Source of the DNA: Eledone cirrhosa
Lineage: Eukaryota
NCBI GenBank assembly: GCA_964016885.1
Contig: OZ024740.1
Coordinates: 242,420,001-242,484,000 of the forward strand
Length of the DNA: 64,000 bases
Reading direction: 5' to 3'
Below are positions 10,985 to 23,889 of the stretch, piece by piece. Under the pieces are notes generated by a model. It made no database searches. It saw nothing but the letters and a program-made list of their open reading frames with translations, and had not been told where the DNA came from. How positions within the stretch are numbered: position 1 is the stretch's first letter; every line of letters starts with the position of its first letter. Made by a program: the position numbers and the translations under genes.

Positions 10985-11925
10985 ATCATCATCATCATCA
11001 TCATCGTTTTTACGTCCATTTTTCCCTGCTTGCATGGGTTGGACGGATCTTTCTCAGCACAGCATCTCTACTTCATCATCTCCTCTGTGAATCTCAGCGA
11101 TTTGAGGTCAGCTCTCACAACTTCTACCCAGTGTCTTTCTTGATCTACCACTACTGCAACTTCACTCCACTGGCACTTTTTCATCAATTGGTCGTCATCA
11201 ATGCACATCACATGCCCATACCAACGCAGTCTTCTCTCCTGCACACCACCTCGGATTCCTCTTAAATCCAGTTTCATCCAAACTCTGCCTTTCTTTCACA
11301 CTTACGTTACACATCCAAGGAAACATGGCTGCTTCATTTCTCTCCAGACTGCACATGTCCTCTGCAGTTACTACCCATGTTTCACTACCATGCAGCTTCA
11401 CACTTCACACACAAGCATCATACAGTCGTCCTTTTGTTATCAACAGTGGGAGTAGCTCTATAAACTTCTTCCATCCTTTCCTTATTCTAGCTATTATGCT
11501 CTCAGAGCACCCTCATCGCTGCTATCGAAGCTATCAACCACTTCTTTGGACCTTTCCTGTGACTTGAAGAGGTTTATACCACTGCCACGCTTCCCTTTGA
11601 TTTCTCCTGTGCATTTTCTACATACAAAGTCTTCCTTTCCTATTAGTCTACCTCTTATTCTACTACATTTCTTGTGTACCTAAGATTTACATTGCATTTG
11701 GAGTTTATGCCTACTACTTTTCTACATATTGAGCAAGGCCACTTCCCTGGAGGGATCAGGGTCCTATCTTCTTTCCTACTCACTAGCACTTTAGTTTTGG
11801 CCAAGTTTACCCTCAGACCCTTTGATTCCAAAATTCGTTTCCATAGACAGAATTTATTTTCTAGTTCTTTTCTGGATTCAGCTGTCCCATGGACAGCCAG
11901 TTTTAAACTCCTCTGTTATGGCCTG
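10985..11925 (-). mobile_element. RTE-clade LINE fragment with short 3' end, nested in a family-2 MITE (10865-11955)
   Basis: QAITEEFKTGCPW, LHGSETWVVTAED, RRLRWYGHV. RT end runs straight into ccatgcaagcaggg...(GAT)n. Confidence 0.9.
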
Positions 11926-12130
11926 GGGGCAGGTTTTGGGCAGATTGGTATCAAAAGCGTTATAAAATAGACAAGTTGGTTCTTTTATAGTCAGAACTGC
12001 AGCATTTTATCCCCCACCCACCCCTTTCTACACTCTGCTCTAAACAACAGAGTATTGCTTAGTATATTAGACAAGTGATTCGTTTTGCAATGGTTTTCAT
12101 TACAGGTTTTTATTGACCTAGTTCTGCCAC

Positions 12131-12155
12131 CCTTCCCCAGCTATCATGTTTCCAC
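12131..12155 (-). CDS. Candidate micro-exon ((K)WKHDSWGR) bridging 13482 and 8828
   Basis: Good acceptor aatattgttttacag but weak donor AGG|gtggca. Phases fit the chain. Confidence 0.25.
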
Positions 12156-12856
12156 CTGTAAAACAATATTTAAGCTGTCCAAAGAGGTCAAGACAACAAT
12201 AATAATTTTACAATACTTTTGCATGTTTGACTAGGCTAAATATAACTTAAGAATGAAAGCATTGTCATAGATATTCATAGGGTGATATTTGTTTGTTTGG
12301 GGTGGTATTTTCACACGAGAACTAGCTAATATGTTTTTTATAATTTAAACTTGGAATATTGCCATGGTCATTACTAACTGAACATAATATAACAACATAT
12401 GATAGTATATATTTAGTAGGTAATAAATAGTACCCCAGTTATAATTTTGCAATATACTTCAGTTTTTTTTTAATCTTCGCTAGAACATTAGTAGGAATTG
12501 AATTGGAAATGAATTGACATTATGAAAGTAAATATTAAGTAAATATTTTGTATTATAACTTGACAGATGACAATAAATACAAAATAATACACACTTCCCA
12601 TTATTCACAGAAGCCTTTGTTTGTTTTGATTCTGCTTTTAAGCACAAGATTTTTCCTTGTCTGTATTGTGACATAGAAAGCTGTGACCTTTGAAAAATTT
12701 ATTCAACTCAGTTTTAACCCTATGAAGCTGATTGTTAATCAAAACGTTGACCTTTCAAATATTACATGCCTAAGGGAAGAAAATGTTAAAGCTGAAAGTT
12801 AGGTTAAACTCAAAGGATTCTTTACATTTGAACAACATTATTGTATACAAGAAATT

Positions 12857-13032
12857 ATAGTTGTTCCTACTTTTGGCACAAGACCAGCAATTACCCCAGT
12901 GCATTACTGGTGCTTTATGTTATCGACCCCGTAAGGATGAAAGGCAAAGTTAACCTTGAGATGATTTGAACTCAGAACGTAAAGGGCCATAACTCTATGC
13001 TGCAAAGCATGGTCTCTGACACTACCAATCCA
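12857..13032 (-). mobile_element. tRNA-headed SINE with Meta/MESC-like core
   Basis: Core gcctttcatccttacggggtcgataa on minus strand. Flanking agaaattata target duplication. Confidence 0.85.
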
Positions 13033-13219
13033 GAAATTATATCTGGCAGTTGTTGCAGAGTATGTATGTGTGTGTGTGTGTGTGCAGGCATGCGTGTGTA
13101 AGAAAGTTTAATTTTTTATATCAAACATACTCCTTACTCTTAAATAAACTGAAAAATATTGATATATATTTTTTACAAATTGTTAATTTAAGCATTATAA
13201 AATTAAGGACCCTAAATAA

Positions 13220-13438
13220 AGCTACTGTGTGGTAGACTTAATCTGTCACCCAGTTTAACCCCTCCACCTTGCCCTGAGATGCCTTTGGCAGAATCTACTC
13301 TGTTGTAAATATTCAGATGAGGTCTCTGGGTTGAGGATACTTTACACCCTCCCTTCCTTCCTACCAAGAGTGCTGGAGGCCTTATAAAGGGTCATGGACA
13401 CTGCCCTTCTTCACCTGACTAAACAGTACAAAAAAAGC
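13220..13438 (+). mobile_element. SINE body, same family as 27650-27910
   Basis: tgtgtggtag..taatc...cccagtttaac and g.catgg.cac.gcccttc shared. Confidence 0.6.
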
Positions 13439-13481
13439 TACCTTATTCTTTATAGTCTCGTAATTTGAATTTACATCTTAC

Positions 13482-13679
13482 TTCTTGTTGGTGATAATGG
13501 GTAAAAAAGGATTGGATAGTAAATATATGCTAACATTTGTAAACAGAGTGCAGTTATACAATGTCAAATTGAATTTCACATTGGCGATATATATATAGAA
13601 AGACATTTTCTTATGCTGCCCAATGGTTTGGATTATTGTTTGTAGAGTTAGTGGTTCAAACCTTACTACATCCAAATAG
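13482..13679 (-). CDS. Probable coding exon; YLDVVRFEPLTLQTIIQTIGQHKKMSFYIYIANVKFNLTLYNCTLFTNVSIYLLSNPFLPIITNK
   Basis: Acceptor aattatttttacag, donor AAGAA|gtaaga. 198 nt, stop-free, phase 2-2. Three N-x-S/T sequons suggest a luminal domain. Confidence 0.65.
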
Positions 13680-14271
13680 CTGTAAAAATAATTGGTTTAA
13701 TAATATGTACATAAATATTCAATAAATGAATAAATGATTAAATGAAAAAAAAAATCAGTCCATGCCTGTATGAGGATTGGATCTAATAAAATAGTTTGTA
13801 GTACATCTCAAAGAATAATTAAATATTAATACAACAGACCAAATCAATTATAAAATTGCCATGATATAGCTATGACTCTTACACAAGCATTACTAGATCT
13901 AATATTTAATAAATAAAACAGGCAAAGAAAATTTGAGATTAATGAAATAATAAACAATAAACTCTCATGACAAGTTTAACATCCAATGTTATACAAAACC
14001 GAAATCCTTAAAGAAACAAAAACCATTAGGAGAAAACACATCTCTTATCACCACACATTCTTCACATGTTAAACAAACCAAAACATTTTCTTTGCAGCAA
14101 CCCATACTTACAACATAATCAAACAAAAGGTAGAGGCAGAAATGGTAGCATACCAAAGTATAATGTATCGTAATATTTAGTTATGTCCCATGTTCTAAAT
14201 TCAAACCCTGCTGGAGCTCAATTTGTTTTTTATTCCTTTGGGAATGATAAAATAAGTTGGCTGATTCAACT

Positions 14272-14447
14272 ATGGTTTGGCAGTATCGGTAGAGGGTCAG
14301 ACAACAGGCTTTGCAGTTACGCCCCTTTCTGATCTGAGTTCAAATCCTGCCGAGGTTAACTTTGCCTTTCATCCTTACAGGCTCGATAAAATAAAGAACG
14401 AGTAATGCACTGGGATAATTGCTGGCGTTGTGCCAAAAGTAGAAACA

Positions 14448-14498
<51 letters not shown>
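14272..14498 (+). mobile_element. Meta-type SINE with (ATT)n tail
   Basis: tggcagtatcggtagag A box, gagttcaaatcc B box, core, gtagaaacaatt(att)n. Confidence 0.9.
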
Positions 14499-15531
14499 AA
14501 GTATTATAAAGGGTAGTATCAATAGAGTGTCAGACACCATGCTTTAAAATGTCTATAACAGCTTTCTTCCTCAGACCAAAAATGTAAGTAAGGAAAAAAA
14601 AGTAACCATCATATATTAATGTCTGGAAAATCATGTTTACATGAACTTTTATAAGAATTAGTGATTTTGATAGATTCCTTTCTGAAATTAAACCACCCTA
14701 CCACAAAATATAAAGTAACACTGATGCACAGTGAATGATTATATTTAGCTCAATGAATCACTTTAGGGTTAATATATTTAATGAGGATATTGCTGAGGAA
14801 TGCATATAATAAAGAAAAAAACACAAAATTAGTTTTGAGTCAATATTGTCTCATACCTCACCCACCACACTGACAAACATCTCTTATTTTCATTGTTTCA
14901 TTGAGATTTATAACTTCTTACAATCAAGCAAAAGATGATATAGCTAACAAAACAATGCTAATCCATCAAAGCTAGAGTGATATCTTAAATCTAACCAAGT
15001 ATCTGTAACTGACACACATTTGTTTACAATTGTTCAGTTTAGTCAAGTATCTTGGCCACTTACTGTAAAAGATTTTATATTCCGAATATTAACTTGATTG
15101 CATGAGCGGTGGCAGAAAGAATTGAGAAATTAGGTTGGAGAAGTGGTATTAAAATACTTGAAGCACATAAAAGATGTATAAAAGAAATGTATCTATATTC
15201 AAAATAGCTTGAGATAATTAGCTATTATACTATTAGAAGCTTATCTAGAAAAATGTTAATATTAAGATACTATCAGACTCAGAGCACACTTTATATAAGA
15301 AGGTATGTGTGGCTATATGTGTGTATTACATGCACAAAAAAACATGTACCTTTACACATGTGCACATGTACAGTGAAAAATGGAAATTAACGTACTCATA
15401 CACACCTTGTGTTTATAAACATGTATGTAAACCACACCAATTGCTAGAAAGCAAGAGAAAATATCCCAATAAATAGTATATGAGCTGGTTTTGATTCCCA
15501 GTTGAAACTAATTCACTTCATTTACAGTATT

Positions 15532-15713
15532 AATAATTGTTTCTACTTTTGGCACAAGGCCAGCAATTACCCAGTGCATTACTGGTACTTTATTTATAAG
15601 GATGAAAGGCAAAGTTAACCTCGGTGGGATTTGAACTCAGATTGGAAAGGGCCGTAACTATATGCGTCAAAGCATGGCGTCCGACCCTTTACCGATACTG
15701 CCAATCCCCCACC
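15532..15713 (-). mobile_element. Meta-type SINE, young
   Basis: Full length, with TSD catttacagtattaataat on both sides. Confidence 0.9.
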
Positions 15714-15813
15714 CATTTACAGTATTAATAATGTTCCTCATAAGGGTATAAATATCACACAGTCCCATTTCTTGCTCTCTTATAAATATGTTTAAGGGAG
15801 AAATTGATACTGC

Positions 15814-16023
15814 TTAATCCTTTCATGAAATTCAATATCTATCACTGTCAATTAACTTTTGAAATAATCAAGAATTTCATGGGATTTAGGAAAATAACTA
15901 ACTTTGTTATTATTTTGATTACTGGAACATAACTTAAAAGGTTCTTACATAGAATTGTGACAAGATTTTAATTTAAATATTACCACTTTAAACCAAGAAA
16001 TTTTGTGGCATCAAAAGGGTTAA
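15814..16023 (+). mobile_element. MITE family 2
   Basis: ttaatcctttc...caaaagggttaa termini. Confidence 0.6.
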
Positions 16024-16234
16024 TTTCAATAACAATAATGTTGATGTTATAATAGAGCACCAGACTAAATCTCTTAGGATATTTAAACATTGTGACTTTC
16101 AATTGGGCTTACATTGTATTGATGAGTTAATAAAATAGCAACCAAATAATATATGGAAGTCAACCAAATAAAGTACATTTACTTCTTATAAGGCTGCTCT
16201 AATACCAATTTAATTGATTATTCAATTAAATTTA

Positions 16235-16450
16235 TAATCATTAGGGTTTGGGGTTCACAATAAATCTGTGGGTTTGATTCCCAGACTGAGTAGCACATTG
16301 TGCCCTTCAGCAAGACACTTCATTTTATATTGTTACAGTTCACTCAGTTGAAAATGAGTATTAGCAGTTGCTGGAGGGCTAGACTTGTGGTGTAGCAACC
16401 CATCTAAAGAGTGTTCTACTCTCAGTTGCTCATGAAACCAGAATGTGTAA
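16235..16450 (+). mobile_element. Diverged CORE-type SINE
   Basis: gggtttgattcc, gtgcccttcagcaagacactt, cagttcactcagttg. Confidence 0.7.
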
Positions 16451-17299
16451 GCATGAAAGAATAAATACAATTGACTGTCATTTTCATCAGCTTTCTCTTT
16501 TTATTTCGTGGGGAGAGGGGATAGCATTAGAGAAAGTTATATTGCTTGCCGATATGTAGCAAGTGTTTATTTATAAGCTTTCTTTGTGGTTCTTCTAGGG
16601 ACATTATGGTACTTACATGATACTGTTAAATAATTTCAGCCCAAATTGTTTGAGTTGTCACACAGTTGATAGTACTGTTGCTGTAGTTCAATAAGGCCAG
16701 AAACACTGCACACAAAACACTCTTGGTTTTCGGTTGAGCAAAGTTAGGGGCAAAAACTTTGCTTTACTAACTTTGAATAACAGAAACATTTCAGACAGAG
16801 AGGAAACAATATGTGATCTTATCTTTTACTTCAAAATCCTTTCATAACCCGTCATTTGTATTCATAAGCACCATATTCTTGCTGGCTGTATTTATGCAAG
16901 CATCAGAATGTTATTTCTGCACACTATATCGAGGTAGTTTCTAGAGTTAAATCTGCTAGCTCTTTCTTCCAAAGCCATTATAATTTCAGTTCTTCAAAAG
17001 ATCTTCCTGGTTTCCATTTTAATACATCATACATGCAATTTAATATATTCTAATAAATCATTGTTCAAAAACAAAAAGCAATATTCTCCTAGGCACAATT
17101 TCTTTTTGACCCATTGGAAAAGGGAATTATTTGTTTAGTAATATTGAAACATAAATAACAGTGCTGGCAGCACAGCATTTGTGGAGAATGTCAAATCAAT
17201 TTACTTAAAACCAATCAAATATACTTTGACATTGTCATTATCAATTTCTTAACCAACTCCAATATATATACATACATATAAATATATATATATATATAT

Positions 17300-17631
17300 A
17301 TATAAATTACACAATAATCAAAACTATGTTCAAATCATTTTATTGCTGACAATCGTTTCTTCCAAACTTTCGTTTGGAATCCTCGGAGCACTAGCAAAGT
17401 TTGGACATATAATTAACTTCCTATTCAACTGAACAATCATATACATGGATATTAATGTTGTCATCAACAGTTTCGTATTTACAGAGTGGAATGGATGTGA
17501 CAGAGATTACATGTCCAATTATATGTCCAAACTTTGCTAGTGCTCCAAGGATTCCAAACGAAAGTTTGGAAGAAACGATTGTCAGCAATAAAATGATTTG
17601 AACATAGTTTTGATTATTGTGTAATTTATAT
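17300..17631. repeat. 115-bp inverted repeat (one mismatch) with 102-bp spacer
   Basis: 17300-17414 is the reverse complement of 17517-17631 except C17384/A17547. Confidence 0.95.
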
Positions 17632-17775
17632 TCCTGCTCTGTAAAACATCTGATGTATTTACATTGAGCTATTTTTCTTACTGGTAATAAGGTAGTAATA
17701 AATTACTGACCTTTCTTGTTTATAGTTGTATATAGTGTATATATAACTATAAATAATATTATTATTATTATTATA

Positions 17776-17970
17776 GGCGGTGGATTGGCAGTATCGGTAG
17801 AGGGTCGGACGCCATGCTTTCCAGCATAGTTACATCCCTTTACGATCTGAGTTCAAATCCCGCCGAGGTTGACTTTTCCTTTCATCCTTACGGGGTCGAT
17901 AAAATAAAGTACCAGTAATGAACTGGGTAATTGCTGGCCCTGTGCCTAAAGTAGAAACAATTATTATATA
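17776..17970 (+). mobile_element. Meta-type SINE, full length
   Basis: ggcggtggattggcagtatcggtagag...gagttcaaatcccgccgagg...gtagaaacaatt. Confidence 0.9.
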
Positions 17971-18723
17971 TATATATATACAATATTAGAAAAAAGTCAA
18001 GGATATGAAATTATATTTATTCTTTCGGTTCTACGTATGTATATGATTATAAACCCTAAGGCATATATAAGTATGATTAATATCACCTCTCAACATATTG
18101 AGAATATACTCGGTCCCTATACACTCTAAAAGTAAATGTAATATAAACACACTCCAACACAAATTGGAGTCTCATCTCAAACAGTAGCATTTAGTATACT
18201 TGACTAAAAATAACAAAAAATATATACCCATACAGTCAAGTACTACATACAAATTTAACGATTAGTAATATGGCTATTATATTATGACATATTATGTGAT
18301 ATATTGGTATAATCATATAATACTGAGATATATATATTTCATTGTAAATAACATATGACGAAAACTAAGAATAAACATTAAAAAATATGTGTGCATCGAT
18401 ATATGCAAATGAGTGAATATAAATCCATAGTAAAAAATATATATGTATATACATATGCGGGTATATGTAGGTTATATGCAGGTGTGTTTTTACGTATGAA
18501 TGTGTATGTGTGTTTATGAATGTATATATGTAAGTGGGTTTATATAAAAGTGGGAATATGGGTAATTGAATGGGTATATATATAAATACATACATATATA
18601 TATATATAACAAAGGAATTGTGGTAAGGAACCAGATGGACCATAATGCAACAGAGTACTCAATACTTAGGGTAGTAGAGTGGGAAATAGGAAAAAGTATG
18701 ACCCCAGGGGTCATACCTTTTCC

Positions 18724-18769
<46 letters not shown>

Positions 18770-18808
18770 TATAAATATATATATATAAATATAAATATAA
18801 ATATATAA

Positions 18809-18861
<53 letters not shown>

Positions 18862-18868
18862 TATATAT
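18724..18868. repeat. (TA)n array with TAAA interruptions
   Basis: Direct reading. Confidence 0.95.
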
Positions 18869-19815
18869 CATCATCATCATCATCATCATTATCGTTTAAC
18901 GTCCATCTTCCACGCTAGCATGGGTTAGACTAGACGGTTTTGTTCCATTTGATGCAGGAATGGTCAGGAGACCGTGTCTCGCTCCTACGGAAGTGTCTCT
19001 GGCAGGTTTCCTACAGCTGGATGCCCTTCCTAATACCAACCACCTTACAGTGTGGACTGGGAGCATTTATACCGTGTCTCCTACATGACCACCTTACAGT
19101 GTGGACTGGGTGCTTTTTGTTGTGTCATCAACGCAGTGGACGGAAATGGGAAGACGGGGTAGGGTGTGTGGGGTGGGGTGTATATTGGGTTAAAAAGTGC
19201 CTACTGACTGTAGGTTTGTATGCAAGGGAAGACGGGTCTTCTGTACAACTGCATGGCACCAAAGTTCTCGATCCAGTGACATTGTCTTAGAGAAGTGTAA
19301 GTGAGCAAGGTCAGTTTTTATCACCTCATCCCAGGTTTTTCTTGGTCTACCCACTCCGTAACTTCCATCAATTTTCATTGCCCTGCACTTTTTATACAGC
19401 TGTCATCCTTCATATGCATCACATGACCATACCAACGCAATTTCTTCCCCAGAACACAATATTTGATACCTCTTATGCTTAGTCCCTCTCTCAATTTGTT
19501 TATGCTTTGCCGTTCGTGCACATTACTATTACACATCCATTGGAGCATGCAAGCTTCATTTCTTTCTAATCTATGCAAGTCTTTTAATCTACGCAAGTCA
19601 CAACGCCTACGTCTTGCTATCATGTAATATCGCCGTTCGTATACAAGCATCATACAATCTGCCTTTCATTTTTAGAGAAAAACCCCTTGTGGCCAACAGC
19701 GATATTAGCTCATTGAGCTTTTTCCATCCCATTCTAACTCTGGCTACTACACTTTCAGAGCACCCTCCTCCACTGCTTATTTTGTCACCCAGATAACGGA
19801 AAGTGTCTACTATTT
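18868..19815 (-). mobile_element. RTE-clade LINE fragment with long 3' UTR
   Basis: VDTFRYLGDKISSGGGCSESVV, ERNEACMLQWMC, GRPRKTWDEVIK, (GAT)n tail. Confidence 0.9.
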
Positions 19816-20171
19816 CTATAGAACCATCTGGGTAGTTGAAGGAGATAGCATCCAGTGAGTCCTTGTTATATTGTGTGTGCGTGTGTGTACTCCTATTCTC
19901 TTTCCTTCTCTTTCTATATATGTATAGGTATTTAATATATATACTTGCTTATCATACATCAACGAGAACTTTGAAATAAAAACTATTATTTTAAGTTTTC
20001 TGTAAATATAAAAGAAAATTGTTTTCACTATAAGTTAGATATGAATAAAATAACTGTACATCTTTAATATGTATATACCTAGATATATATATATACCTAG
20101 ATATATATATATACCTAGATATATATATAAATACTAGCATGGCAATTCTTATTTGTATATGCATTGTTATA

Positions 20172-20392
20172 TTTTACTCAGCTGTAGAAATGGGATGATA
20201 GGGACTGGGGTCCCTATCATTCCACTGTAAAGTGGTCGTGGAGGTGCCACGGCAAAAAAGCACCCAGCACTCACTGTAAATGAGGTTGGTGTTAGGAAGG
20301 GCATCCAGCTGTAGAAATAAAGCCAGAATCAGTTCCCGTCCCACCCTTGCAAGCAGGGAAAAGCGGACGTATGATGATGATGATGATGATAG
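20172..20392 (+). mobile_element. 5'-truncated CORE-type SINE with RTE-type tail
   Basis: Near-identical to the reverse complement of 35318-35530. Confidence 0.85.
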
Positions 20393-20725
20393 ATCTATGG
20401 AAATATAAGTACATAGATTCAATCAAATAAATTGATTCAAACTAAAAATATTTCTTAATGGAAACAGAAATAATTTTTTTAAAAAGGAACAACATTCTGT
20501 TTTTTAAATAATTAGAAAACAATATCAGAACATATAAAAACAAAAATACATAGTAAATAATGACAATTGTTGACAAGGGACATAAACAGACAGACACTGT
20601 TACAATATTGGTCATTGAGACAAGTTTTTAAACCAGCTTAAAAGTAAACAGTAAAAATACATATATATATATATATATTCTATATTAAAGTTACCCCCAA
20701 TAATAACAGAACAGCATAACAGAAC

Positions 20726-20921
20726 CAGACCTGTCTACTCTCCCCATTGGATGGAGAGATCTCCCACTCACTTTGGGGTGGGTGAGAGATGTCTTCCCTT
20801 GTGAAAATGGGTATAGCTTTCATTATATAAAATCTCCCCCATTCTGCCTCATTTCTCCCCGTTTTGGGGCACTTTTTTCCATGATACTCCCCATTTAGAT
20901 TTTTAGAGGTTGGCAAGTCTG
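20726..20921. mobile_element. Possible hAT-like MITE
   Basis: Imperfect TIRs cagacctgtctactctc / gaggttggcaagtctg. Confidence 0.45.
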
Positions 20922-22426
20922 TAAGTGCACTGAGATAATGGAGATTAAACATTTTTCTGCCAACAAAAAGCATAACAGAACAGAAGCAAACAGCAGATTT
21001 GTACTAGCTAACTGTAAATTAGGGAGTTCACTATCTCAATCAACCTATGAAAACCTACCTACCTAAGATACCTAACCAGAAAACAAATATTTATTAATAT
21101 TACATTATTATATCATTTAATGCAACTCTTAGTCTCCACACACATACTAATATATATAGTGTATGTGTGCATGTGTTCGCGTGCGTGTGTGTGTGTGTGT
21201 GTGTATTATTGTTATATATAATAACAATACTCTGAACAATTACAGATCTTTAACTCAATCAGCAAGCTATAAAACAACCCGGATCAGTTCACCAAGATGG
21301 AACAGACCTGGTTGGACAACTCAACTGGCAGTAAAACATTGTGTCCATACTGATGTAGTTTACAACAACTATGACTGTTCAATACATCACAGATTATAAA
21401 CTAAACACACATTACTTGTTGATTTAAGTGTTGTGTTCTTGTTTATACAGAGAGCAATAACAGCAATAAAGAGGAATACTAAATCAATTAAACAGGGTCG
21501 ACATCCTACTTTCATAATTACAGGCTATTAACAAGTATAATACCAGGGCTAAATATTAACAATATAAACAGTACAAACCAAAAACCAAACAAAAAATAAT
21601 GAAATGCTAAGCTGTCAAATATAATTATCTATTAACTCCAAACAGCCTGACCACCTGAAATCGCATTAATAGCAAGACATTCTTGAAATGTACAAGACGC
21701 TACAATGACTTCATCACATTGATAATTAATGTGTTTACTTAAGTTCACTACAAATTTTTACAATGTTCTGTCCAATAGTAAAGATACGATATACATTTGA
21801 ATTAACAAACCCACTTTTAGATATTTCAGGATGTTAAAAGTTAATCTAATTTTCAATATGTTTTCTGTTAGTCTGTCACTTACAATGGCCAAAATATTCT
21901 TACTATTTAAGGATTGAATATATATTTGAACACTAAGTTGTTGTTTAAAGGGTTAAACTATCTGTAAGCTAATAATTATAATTTATCAAAGTTTGAAATA
22001 CTTATACAAGTTTGTTTTCACATGGTGCTATGAAAAGATACAAAAACTATAATTCAATTACGAAGCATTTGATAAACAACTTAAAAGTATTTTTCATCTT
22101 TGTTTTCAATATAGTCATATATCTATGACACCCCAATTTAATTTGCTTTCATTTTCTCAGTATCTAAAACTTATGAGTTAGTATTATAAATCTCCCAGCA
22201 TTGCAGCATCCAAAATCACAATCAGTGGCATCACTGTGTGCATCTCAATTGATCAAAAATAAATATATATGTACATTGCTTTAGCAATAGAATATTTTCC
22301 TACTTCCCAAGAAGCAAATTGAACATATAATTTAGATGACAGAACTATTCAATCAAAATAACTTCTATTTGTTCTAAGATATATCGGTTGTTATACAAAC
22401 CAAACAAGTGAGCTTATATGTGGTCA

Positions 22427-23055
22427 TCTATATATATAAAACTGAGGATGTCTGTCTGTGAGTTTGAATCCCTAAAACTCAAGAAGTACCCAACCAATTT
22501 TTTCAAACTTTACATGTGTATTACTTATGTTTTAGGGAGTGTTATGCACATAAAAAAATTCAACTTTTTGATCCCCTAGGGCCCGCATTAGGTGAAAAAC
22601 TGTGTTTCTTCAGCTTTTTAGGGTTTTTTTAAGCGTTACGTCAGACTGATTTCCTTGAAATTGTAACTATGTATTAGTCAGTCTCTTCTTCATACCATGA
22701 GCAAAGAAAATCCAACTTTTTTATGGCCTAGGGCCCGCATTAGGTGAAAAACTTCATTTTTTCAGCTTTTTAGGGCATTTTTGAGGCGTTAAACTAGCCG
22801 ATTTTCAAGAAATTTCAAGGCATATTATGCACATAAAAAAAATTCATTTTCTTGATCCCCTACGGCCTGCATTAAGTGAAAACCTGCATTTTTCCTGCTT
22901 CATCGAGGAAAATATTAAAGATTATCCAGCCATCAGAGTATTCAGTTTATTTTCTTTACATATTGTCCAGGCATGCAGGTTTTCCACGATTAGGTCTGTT
23001 GGCGGTCTACGTTCGAAAATACCTTATCCCGTGCAACGCCGGGTACCACTGTTAG
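22427..23055 (+). mobile_element. Non-autonomous Helitron-like element with internal ~130-160-bp repeats
   Basis: a|TCtatatatataaaa start, gtctgtctgt tract, subterminal cccgtgcaacgccggg hairpin, TTAG|t end. Inserted at A|T inside another repeat. Confidence 0.8.
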
Positions 23056-23299
23056 TTCAACATACAAGAACTAGCAGTCAAATATTTCTCAAATCCTACT
23101 TTAATGTCTTAAAATAAAAAGTACACTGGATTGCCTTTTATCATAGGTCTGAGCTAAACAACAACAATGGACCAGTATGATGTTCAAAATCTACAAATAT
23201 TCCATAAATGAATGCAGTGAAAGAAGAATTTATTCATCAAAATTAACACTGTAATTCTTAAGACTAGATCTACCTCCAACCATTCATATTACAAATCCA

Positions 23300-23620
23300 A
23301 GCCACTGTAGATGCCTACCTCTAATGCATGCACCAGCTAATTCCTCTAATACACAGCTATTTACTTGACACTTTTGTATTTAGCATGTCTAAGAAGTTCA
23401 CAACTCAACTAATGTCTTGCCAATTGTTACATATCCTCTGTATTCAATCAGTCTGCTTCCTCTGGAGAGAAAATCCATTTGTTGTTAATGTCAATAAATT
23501 CACAACCATTAGATCACCTATACAACCATTAGGCCCATATCTAAATCTAGCTAAATCATTTAGAGTGCAGAATTGATCAACAACTTTCAGCAAACACGCT
23601 ATGGTCTGCAGTTTATTGTT
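23300..23620 (-). mobile_element. Highly degenerate RTE fragment
   Basis: KVVDQFCTLND and TTNGFSL resemble the EVVDSFRYLGD and TKGFSL motifs of other copies. Confidence 0.5.
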
Positions 23621-23889
23621 GTTCCTACTGCAGCTTTTTATTGGAAACTGGAGCCTTTAAAATTGTGACACTTTTAAATACTATTATTTGCACTGACTAT
23701 CTAGTATTGATTCCTTTTCTATCCCTTATATTTGGTACTGTTCTATCTTGGGTTATGTTAGCACTCAATTGGCCACCTTCATTACATGCATCTATCTCAT
23801 CTACTCAACAGAGAACATTAGCAAACCTTACACTCTTTATATACATAAGATATAGCCACAAGCTTTTCTAATACCCACATTACAAGTCA

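Noticed and set aside
16730-17190. Possible decayed pogo/Tigger transposase (FDPLEKGII)
   Set aside because: Only one weak motif amid many stops and no TIRs found.
20231-20290. Resemblance of CGTGG-loop-CCACG-AAA to the 5' part of a pistol ribozyme
   Set aside because: No P2 strand between the A-rich linker and the pseudoknot partner. Kept only as a generic pseudoknot.
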